A DNA stretch of 32,000 nucleotides from Myxococcota bacterium (GTDB lineage: Bacteria > Myxococcota_A > UBA9160 > JAFDDA01). The notes beneath the pieces were generated by a model that made no database searches, had not been told where the DNA came from, and saw only the letters and a list, made by a program, of their open reading frames with translations. Where the stretch lies: positions 4,728,524-4,760,523 of the forward strand of contig OZ245817.1 in the NCBI GenBank assembly GCA_965228475.1, written 5' to 3'. The position numbers were made by a program, and so were the translations under genes. Positions 17,645-25,131 of this stretch are shown piece after piece. How positions within the stretch are numbered: position 1 is the first letter of the stretch; every line of letters starts with the position of its first letter.

Positions 17645-17670
17645 GTAACCGGCCGCGCGCCGGGTGCGTA
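17645..17670 (+). promoter_or_regulatory. candidate ECF-sigma-type promoter (GTAACC-N16-CGTA)
   Basis: GTAACC lies at 17645-17650, followed by a 16-nt spacer and CGTA at 17667-17670, about 50 nt upstream of the precursor ATG. It has the AAC-N16/17-CGT architecture of ECF promoters. Confidence 0.35.
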
Positions 17671-17719
17671 GTGGTTTGTGAAGCCGGAACACCGGCGAAA
17701 ATCCAACGAAGGAGACTCG

Positions 17720-17998
17720 ATGAAGACCCGAAGTGGCATGCTGGCCGCGGCCGCGGCCTCCCTGTTCATGGCCGGTGGCGCGGCCCTGGTGGCCGCCCCG
17801 GCGGCAGCGGAAGACAAGATCAAGTGCGAGGGCGTGAACTCCTGCAAGAGCCACAGCGATTGCAAGACGCTCTTCAGCGAGTGTGCCGGCCACAACGACT
17901 GCGCCGGCAAGGGTTTCAAGATGCTCACGCCGGAAGAGTGCGACGAGGCGAAGGCCGAGATGGCGCGCAAGGCCGGTGAGAGCAAGGACCGCATGTAG
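17720..17998 (+). CDS. bufA: bufferin-type RiPP precursor: Sec signal peptide plus a six-Cys core (DUF2282/BufA-like)
   Basis: The ATG at 17720 is preceded by AAGGAGA. The product is 92 aa. The signal peptide is MKTRSGMLAAAAASLFMAGGAALVAAPAAA/EDK. The core is EDKIKCEGVNSCKSHSDCKTLFSECAGHNDCAGKGFKMLTPEECDEAK..., with 6 Cys and two CxGxNxC motifs. The stop TAG abuts the ATG of the DUF692 gene. Confidence 0.8.
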   Translation: MKTRSGMLAAAAASLFMAGGAALVAAPAAAEDKIKCEGVNSCKSHSDCKTLFSECAGHNDCAGKGFKMLTPEECDEAKAEMARKAGESKDRM

Positions 17999-18886
17999 AT
18001 GAGCCATGCGCCCGGTACGCGGTCCGACGCCCCCTATCTCGGTGTCGGCGTCGGGCTGCGGCCGGTGCACTACGGCGAGCTGCTCTCGCGCGCCGCCGAA
18101 GGCCGGCTCGAGATCGACTGGGTCGAGGCCACGAGCGAGAACTACATGATCCCGGGCGGGCGGCCGCTGCGCATCCTCTCCGAGGTGCGCGCCGCCCTTC
18201 CCCTCGTTCTCCACGGCGTCTCGATGAGCCTCGGCTCGACCGATCCGCTCGACGCCGGCTACCTCGACGACCTCGACACCCTCGCCGCACGCTTCGAGCC
18301 GAGCTGGGTCTCGGACCACCTGTGCTGGACCGGCGTCGGCGGCCACAACCTGCACGACCTGCTCCCGCTGCCCTACACGGAGGAGGTCGTCCGCCACCTG
18401 GCCACGCGGATCCGGCGGGTGCAGGAACGCCTCGGGCGGCGCATCGCCGTCGAGAACGTCTCCTCCTACGTGAGCTTCGCGGCGAGCGCCCTCACGGAGT
18501 GGGAGTTCCTCTCCGCCGTCGCCGAAGAGGCGGACTGCGGAATCCTCCTCGACGTGAACAACGTCTTCGTCTCCGCCCACAACCACGGCTTCGACGCCCG
18601 CACCTACCTCGCAGCGATCGACCCGGATCGCATCTTCCAGATCCACCTCGCGGGGCCGAGCGAGGAAGGCCCGCTGCTCATCGACACCCACGACCACCCG
18701 GTGCGGGAAGAGGTCTGGCAGCTCTACGCGGAGCTCGTCGCCCGCACGGGGCCCGTCTCCACCTTGATCGAATGGGATGCGAACCTCCCGAGCTTCGAGC
18801 GACTCTGCCAGGAAGCGAAGCGGGCGCGCACGATCCTCGATGCCGAGGCAAGCGGGAGCGCCCGTGCAGTCGGAGCCCTCGGTTGA
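17999..18886 (+). CDS. bufB: DUF692 / MNIO (multinuclear non-haem iron oxidative) peptide-modifying enzyme, MbnB/BufB-like
   Basis: 295 aa with classic DUF692 blocks: GVGLRPVHY, IDWVEATSENYM, LHGVSMSLGSTDPLD, WVSDHLCW, HDLLPLPYTEE, ENVSSYV, EWEFL, CGILLDVNNVFVSAHNHGFD, IHLAG, IDTHDHPV, TLIEWD. Confidence 0.9.
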   Translation: MSHAPGTRSDAPYLGVGVGLRPVHYGELLSRAAEGRLEIDWVEATSENYMIPGGRPLRILSEVRAALPLVLHGVSMSLGSTDPLDAGYLDDLDTLAARFEPSWVSDHLCWTGVGGHNLHDLLPLPYTEEVVRHLATRIRRVQERLGRRIAVENVSSYVSFAASALTEWEFLSAVAEEADCGILLDVNNVFVSAHNHGFDARTYLAAIDPDRIFQIHLAGPSEEGPLLIDTHDHPVREEVWQLYAELVARTGPVSTLIEWDANLPSFERLCQEAKRARTILDAEASGSARAVGALG

Positions 18887-19674
18887 GCGCCCTCGCCGAC
18901 GCCCAGGAGCGGCTCTGGCGCTTCATCACCGCGCCGAGCGGCGTGCGTGCAGCCCTCGCAGAGGCCGGGCCTGCCGAGCGCGACGCCTTCGAGACCCTGC
19001 TGGCGCGCGACGACGCACTTCCGAGCGCGCTCCGCCTCGAGATCTACGCCAACGCCTATTTCCAGCGCATCCTCGAGGTGCTCGAGCGCGACTTCGAGGC
19101 ACTCGCTGCGGCCCTCGGCGAGGCCGGCTTCCACGATCTCGTGACGGCCTACCTGTGCGTCCACCCGCCCCGCCGCGCTTCCCTGCGCCACGCCGGGGCC
19201 GAGCTTCCCGGCTTCCTCGCTGCGCACGAGGCCGCCGCACCGTTCCGCTCCCGCTGGCCCTTCGCCGCGGACCTGGTCCGGTTCGAGTGGGCCAAGGGCA
19301 TCGCCTTCGACGCGCCGGATGCGGAGCCCCTCGGCCGGGAGCACCTCGCCCGCGTTGCGCCCGAGCGTTGGGACGGCCTCTGCTTCGCGCTCCAGCCGGG
19401 CGCCGCGCTGCTCGAGTTCGGTTGGGACGTCACCGAAGCCGCGCCCGTGCTGCGTCCGACCCGCGTGCGCGTCTGGAGGAAGCGGGAGCGCGTGCACCAC
19501 CGCAAGATCGAGGACGAAGAGTTCGCGCTGCTCGCGGACCTCGTCGCCGGAGCGTCCTTCGGGGATCTTTGTGCCCGGCTCGTCGCGGTGGCGGGTGAGG
19601 AAGAGGCCCCGCAACGTGCCGCGGGCTGGCTCGCCCACTGGCTCGAGGACGAGCTCCTGGCCGCCCGGCCCTAG
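18883..19674 (+). CDS. bufC: DUF2063 protein (partner subunit of DUF692 enzymes, BufC-like)
   Basis: The in-frame TTG at 18883 overlaps the bufB TGA (TTGA), and no ATG or GTG lies nearby in frame. DUF2063-like blocks are present: LRLEIYANAYFQRILEVLERDFEALAAALGEAGFHDLVTAYLCVHPP...LRHAGAELPGFL. The exact start is uncertain. Confidence 0.8.
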   Translation: MSALADAQERLWRFITAPSGVRAALAEAGPAERDAFETLLARDDALPSALRLEIYANAYFQRILEVLERDFEALAAALGEAGFHDLVTAYLCVHPPRRASLRHAGAELPGFLAAHEAAAPFRSRWPFAADLVRFEWAKGIAFDAPDAEPLGREHLARVAPERWDGLCFALQPGAALLEFGWDVTEAAPVLRPTRVRVWRKRERVHHRKIEDEEFALLADLVAGASFGDLCARLVAVAGEEEAPQRAAGWLAHWLEDELLAARP

Positions 19675-19687
19675 CCGGCCGCTGGCG

Positions 19688-20434
19688 CTAGACCGCCGGG
19701 ATGTGCTCGCGAATCTCCGCGAGCACGCGGTCCGGGTGCGAGCGCACCTGGTAGTTCTCCGACTGATCGATCCAGCGCACGATCCCCTTCGCGTCGACGA
19801 GGAACGTCGTCGGGACGGGCATGCCGGTGACGCCCTTCGGCGTGATGCTGTTCGGGTTCCGAAGACCGTAGCGGTCGGTCACCGCGAGATCCGCGTCCGA
19901 GAGCATCACCGCGTTCGCGCCGTGCTTCTTGCGTCCCTTGCGGATCTCCGCCGGCGTGTCGCTGCTCACGGTCACGAGCGAGACGCCGTGGGCATCGAGC
20001 TCGGGCCGCATCTCTTCCCATCGCCGCAACTCGGCGACACAGTACGGTCACCAGTGGCCGCGGAAGAACTTCAGCAGGTAGGGCTTGCCCGAGAGGCTCG
20101 AGAGGGCGAACTCGGCACCCCCGTCGTCGACGGCGCTGAACTCGATGATGCGCTCGCCGACGCCGGTCTTCGGCGGCGTGCGCGACTGCCCCGCGAAGGG
20201 CTGCAGGAAGAGGAACGTGCCCGAGAGCGCGAGCGCCAGGCCCGCGCCGATCTTGCCGAGGAGGCCCGCGCCCGCCACGAAGGCGGTCACGGCGAGGAGC
20301 GCGCCGAGGCCCATCGCAGCGATCACGAGGCTTCGCACCTCGGCGGTGCGAACCGCCTGCATGCGCTGGAACCAGAGCGCGCCGGTGGCGCCGACCACCG
20401 TGACCGCGAGCAAGGCGAAGAGGTTGCCGTCCAT
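19688..20434 (-). CDS. membrane-anchored thioredoxin-fold redoxin (AhpC/TSA-like) with an in-frame TGA at the first Cys of the CxxC motif; candidate selenoprotein (UxxC)
   Basis: Track ORFs 20048..20434 and 19688..20029 are in the same frame. They are separated only by a TGA (20048-20050) and 6 sense codons. Read through, the junction is GKPYLLKFFRGHW-U-PYCVAELRRWEEMRPELDAHGVSLVTVSSD..., a textbook redoxin W-C-x-x-C context. GC3 is high on both sides. The downstream part has no RBS or ATG of its own. The N-terminus has about 3 TM helices. Confidence 0.6.
20019..20039 (-). promoter_or_regulatory. SECIS-like hairpin downstream of the in-frame UGA
   Basis: The mRNA reads UGA CCGUACUGUG-UCGCCG-AGUUG-CGGCGA-UGG. 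There is a 6-bp perfect GC-rich stem (20021-20037), extendable by two G.U pairs. The 5-nt apical loop contains GU about 18 nt after the UGA. Confidence 0.4.
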
Positions 20435-20451
20435 GGGGAAACGGTAGCGCC

Positions 20452-21144
20452 CTAGGACACCGGGAGCAGTGCGGCGATGAGGAAGCGAATCACGTGCTCG
20501 CGCGCCTCGTCCGGATCGTACGCCTCGGGGGCGCGGTCCCAGTGGATGTGCACCGCCCAGGTCACGAGCGTCTCGAGCGTGATGCGGGCGAGCAGGCGGA
20601 CGTTCGGGACGCGTCGGATCTGGCCCGAGGCCATGCGCTGCTCGAGGTAGCGGCGCAGGGAAGCCCGCCCGCCCTCGCGCCCCGTCTCCTGCCAGATGGG
20701 GCCGAGCTCCGGATGGTCGAGACAGCGGTCGATCAGCTTGATCCCGCGGCGGTTCGCGCTGAGCACGTCGAAGAGCTCACCGAGAACGGCTTCGAGTTCG
20801 CCGCGCGGGTCGCCGGCCCGATCGCGACCGTTCGCCGCTTCGAGGAGTGGCTGCGTCGATTCCTCCGAGATCCGCTGCTTCACGAAGACGCTGAGCGACC
20901 CGGACTTCGGCGTGGGGATGGGCAGGTGCTCGGGCTTCTCGATCCGGCCTTCGCGGTCCGCGGCGCCGACACAGAGCGCGAAGAGGGCCTCCTTGCTCTC
21001 GACGTAGCCGTAGAGCGTTCCCTTCGCGACACCGACGGCGGCAGCGACGTCGGCCATCTGCGTGCGGCGATACCCCCGCTCGATGAAGACCTCGACGGCA
21101 GCGTCGACGAGCTCGCCGAAGCGCTCTTCGGGAATCCGTCTCAC
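20452..21144 (-). CDS. TetR/AcrR family transcriptional regulator
   Basis: 230 aa. The GTG start overlaps the methyltransferase stop (GTGA). The N-terminal TetR HTH reads FIERGYRRTQMADVAAAVGVAKGTLYGYVESKEALF. Confidence 0.9.
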   Translation of the reverse strand: MRRIPEERFGELVDAAVEVFIERGYRRTQMADVAAAVGVAKGTLYGYVESKEALFALCVGAADREGRIEKPEHLPIPTPKSGSLSVFVKQRISEESTQPLLEAANGRDRAGDPRGELEAVLGELFDVLSANRRGIKLIDRCLDHPELGPIWQETGREGGRASLRRYLEQRMASGQIRRVPNVRLLARITLETLVTWAVHIHWDRAPEAYDPDEAREHVIRFLIAALLPVS

Positions 21145-21794
21145 CGGGCGCCCGCCTCCGTTCGTGGCTCGAAGATCTGGAAGCTCTGGACGGGGAGGAA
21201 CTCGAAGCTCTCGGTCCGCCGATAGCCCGCCGCTTCCATCTCGGAAACGATCACGGCGGCATCGCTCGTGTGCTCACCCTGGATCCAACGGATCGGCGCC
21301 GGCGTGTCGTGGCGGTCGTCGAGATGGGCGACGCGCCCGCCGGCCGCGAGATCCGTGCGCAAGCGCTCGAAGTAGGCGATCTGGCCCTCGATGTGGTGAT
21401 AGGTCAGGCAGGTCATCGCGAGGTCGATCTCTCCATCGGGGAGCTCCGGATCTTCGTAGCGGCCCCGAACGATGACGACGTTCTCGAGGGCCTCCCGCGA
21501 GACGCGCTCCTCGAGCTCCGCGATCTTATCGTCTTCGACCTCCACCGCGAAGACGACGCCTTCTTGGCCGACCGCGCTCGAGAGGTAGGGCAGCCAGTAG
21601 CCGTCCCCGGCGCCGATCTCCGCGACCCGGTCTCCCTCCGCCAGGCCGAGGGAGCGGACGACCCGCTCCGGATGCTGCCAGCCGTCTCGTCCCCCGGTGA
21701 GGAGGCCCGGAAGATCGACCTTCGCGACCGGCGCGCAGGCGGTGCCGAGCGCCGTCAACGAAGACAGGGCCATGCAGCGGGCGAAGCGCTTCAT
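21141..21794 (-). CDS. class I SAM-dependent methyltransferase with an N-terminal signal/lipoprotein-like peptide
   Basis: The ATG at 21794 is preceded by GGAGGAAAG and overlaps the MFS stop (ATGA). The N-terminus is MKRFARCMALSSLTALGTAC. The SAM motif I is VAEIGAGDGYW, followed by VFAVEVED and IDLAMTCLTYHHI. It is the last 217 aa of the 588-aa track ORF. Confidence 0.85.
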   Translation of the reverse strand: MKRFARCMALSSLTALGTACAPVAKVDLPGLLTGGRDGWQHPERVVRSLGLAEGDRVAEIGAGDGYWLPYLSSAVGQEGVVFAVEVEDDKIAELEERVSREALENVVIVRGRYEDPELPDGEIDLAMTCLTYHHIEGQIAYFERLRTDLAAGGRVAHLDDRHDTPAPIRWIQGEHTSDAAVIVSEMEAAGYRRTESFEFLPVQSFQIFEPRTEAGAR

Positions 21795-23176
21795 CGGATC
21801 TTTCCTCCGGACTCGAGGGCGAGACGCCGGATACGCCGGCGGTACTCCTGGTGGCGCCCTTCGTCGAGGCCGAGGCGCGCCAACAAGGCCATGGCGAGGA
21901 GGGTCGCGAGGAGCGGCAGAACGGAGACCGAGAGTTGGATCCCGTTCAGCGTCTCCGCCGTCTGGGCCACGTTGGGCTCGAAGCCGATCCCGGAAAGCAG
22001 GAGGCCTGCGAAGAGGATCGAGAACCCGACGGCCATCTTGATCGCCAGGTTCCACGTCGCGAAGAAGGTGCCCTCCTTCCGCTCTCCCGTTCGGGCTTCG
22101 TCGCCGTCGACCACGTCGGCCTTGAGCGAAGGGCCGAGCACGGCGCCCGCCCCGGTGGCCGCTCCGAAGACCACGGTGAGCCCTGCGATGAGGAGCGTGT
22201 CCCCGGCCCCGACGAAGGCCATCCCCGCGAAGACGCCGCCCTTCACCGCGAGCGAGCCGCCCCAGACCCGGGCCTTCCCGAAGCGCCGTGAGAGCGGCAC
22301 CCACACCGGGAGCGTCGCGAGGGTCGTGAGGATCGCGCCGAAGAGGTAGTACGCCGTCGAACCCGGCGTCTCGAGCACGTACTCCGTCACGTAGGGAAGC
22401 ATCACGACGAAGATCTGGTAGCCGAGCATCTCGAGGAAGAAGACGCCGACCAGGATGCGCGCCTCCCGGTTCCGCATGACGTCGAGGAACGCGGCGTGGG
22501 GCGCCTTGCTGCCGCCGCGCCCGAGGTGATGCTCCGGCTCGCTCAGCCCCGCGCTGACGATGACGGTGCCGATCACCATGAGCAGACCCGCGGCCGTGGC
22601 AACGCACACCGCAGCCACCCGCGGTGAGTCGGCGTTCTCCATCAAGAGGAGGGAAGCGGCGCCGAGCACGATCCCGATGTGGTCGCCGAAGGCCTTCGCG
22701 CCGAACACGCGCGTCCGGTCGTGGTAGCCCTCGGAGAGCTCCGCGCCGAGGGCGTGGTAGGGCACGCTGAAGGCGGTCACGGCGGTGTAGAAGAGCAGGA
22801 TCGACGCGCCCATCCACAGGTCGAGGTGCTCGGGCGGAAGGGAGTCCGGCGGGGACCAGACCGCCATGTAGGAGCCGGCGATCGGCAGCGCCGAGAAGAG
22901 GAACCACGGCCGTCTTCGCCCGAGGCGGGTCCGCGTCCGGTCGCTCAGGTGCCCGACGACCGGGTCGGTGACCGCGTCCCAGAAGCGCCCGACGGCGAAG
23001 ATCACTCCGATCGTCGCCGGGGCGATCAGCAGGACGTCGGTTGAGAACTTCAGGAGGTACAGGCTCACGGCCGTGAACACGAAGTGGATGGCCACCCCCG
23101 GCGCGCCGTAGGCGATCAGGACGGAGAGGGGGACGCGGGCCTCGGAGCCTCGGGACGGTGCGGAGTACTGGGTCAT
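21791..23176 (-). CDS. MFS transporter, glycoside-pentoside-hexuronide (GPH):cation symporter-like
   Basis: The ATG at 23176 is preceded by AGGAGG. The GPH signature is GRFWDAVTDPVVGHLSDRTRTRLGRRRPW. About 12 hydrophobic helices. Confidence 0.9.
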   Translation of the reverse strand: MTQYSAPSRGSEARVPLSVLIAYGAPGVAIHFVFTAVSLYLLKFSTDVLLIAPATIGVIFAVGRFWDAVTDPVVGHLSDRTRTRLGRRRPWFLFSALPIAGSYMAVWSPPDSLPPEHLDLWMGASILLFYTAVTAFSVPYHALGAELSEGYHDRTRVFGAKAFGDHIGIVLGAASLLLMENADSPRVAAVCVATAAGLLMVIGTVIVSAGLSEPEHHLGRGGSKAPHAAFLDVMRNREARILVGVFFLEMLGYQIFVVMLPYVTEYVLETPGSTAYYLFGAILTTLATLPVWVPLSRRFGKARVWGGSLAVKGGVFAGMAFVGAGDTLLIAGLTVVFGAATGAGAVLGPSLKADVVDGDEARTGERKEGTFFATWNLAIKMAVGFSILFAGLLLSGIGFEPNVAQTAETLNGIQLSVSVLPLLATLLAMALLARLGLDEGRHQEYRRRIRRLALESGGKIR

Positions 23177-23212
23177 GCGGGCCTCCTGGGTCGGTGGCCG
23201 CAAGGTAATGTT

Positions 23213-23233
23213 AACTGACCCGGTCGGTCAAGT
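23213..23233. promoter_or_regulatory. short inverted repeat upstream of the MFS operon; candidate TetR operator
   Basis: The sequence AACTGACC-cggtc-GGTCAAGT contains the perfect core TGACC-N5-GGTCA. It lies 37-57 nt upstream of the MFS ATG, in a locally AT-richer patch (GGTAATGTTAAC). Confidence 0.25.
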
Positions 23234-23250
23234 CTTCAAGAAGAACGGGT

Positions 23251-23290
23251 CCCAGGTATCATGATTCCCATTGGAAATCAGATACTTGGG
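23251..23290 (-). terminator. long AT-rich hairpin immediately after rpoD; probable intrinsic terminator
   Basis: The minus-strand RNA is CCCAAGUAUCUGAUUUCC-AAU-GGAAUCAUGAUACCUGGG. That gives about 18 bp with one A.C mismatch and one bulge. It starts 7 nt after the rpoD TAG and is followed by ACCCGUUCUUCUU. Confidence 0.45.
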
Positions 23291-23296
23291 CGCTCG

Positions 23297-25111
<1,815 letters not shown>

Positions 25112-25131
25112 GGGTTTCTCCTTGAGACCTT

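Noticed and set aside
17681-17716. A second ECF-like motif, GGAAC-N16-CGAA, immediately before bufA
   Set aside because: Its -10 element would overlap the AAGGAGA ribosome-binding site, leaving essentially no leader. The upstream GTAACC-N16-CGTA is geometrically more plausible.
16108-18697. Minus-strand ORFs 16108..17397 (429 aa) and 17426..18697 (423 aa), and plus-strand ORF 16194..17648
   Set aside because: These are antisense or out of frame relative to the FAD oxidoreductase and bufA/bufB genes, which have clear motifs. Their translations are repetitive (DE/RG-rich) with no domain signatures.
19688-20434. Interpreting the split redoxin as an ordinary pseudogene (TGC to TGA point mutation)
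   Set aside because: This is not fully rejected, because it cannot be excluded without the rest of the genome. It is disfavoured for three reasons. The TGA falls exactly on the redox-active Cys, coding bias is intact on both sides, and a SECIS-like hairpin sits at the right distance. I therefore reported it as a candidate selenoprotein at moderate confidence.
21795-22907. Upstream part of the 588-aa ORF 21141..22907, and the N-terminal extensions of the hisF (to 28480) and lipoprotein (to 30330) ORFs
   Set aside because: These extensions overlap the well-supported upstream genes (MFS, hisA, hisH) in other frames and have non-protein-like composition. Internal starts with an RBS or stop-start overlaps give products of canonical length.
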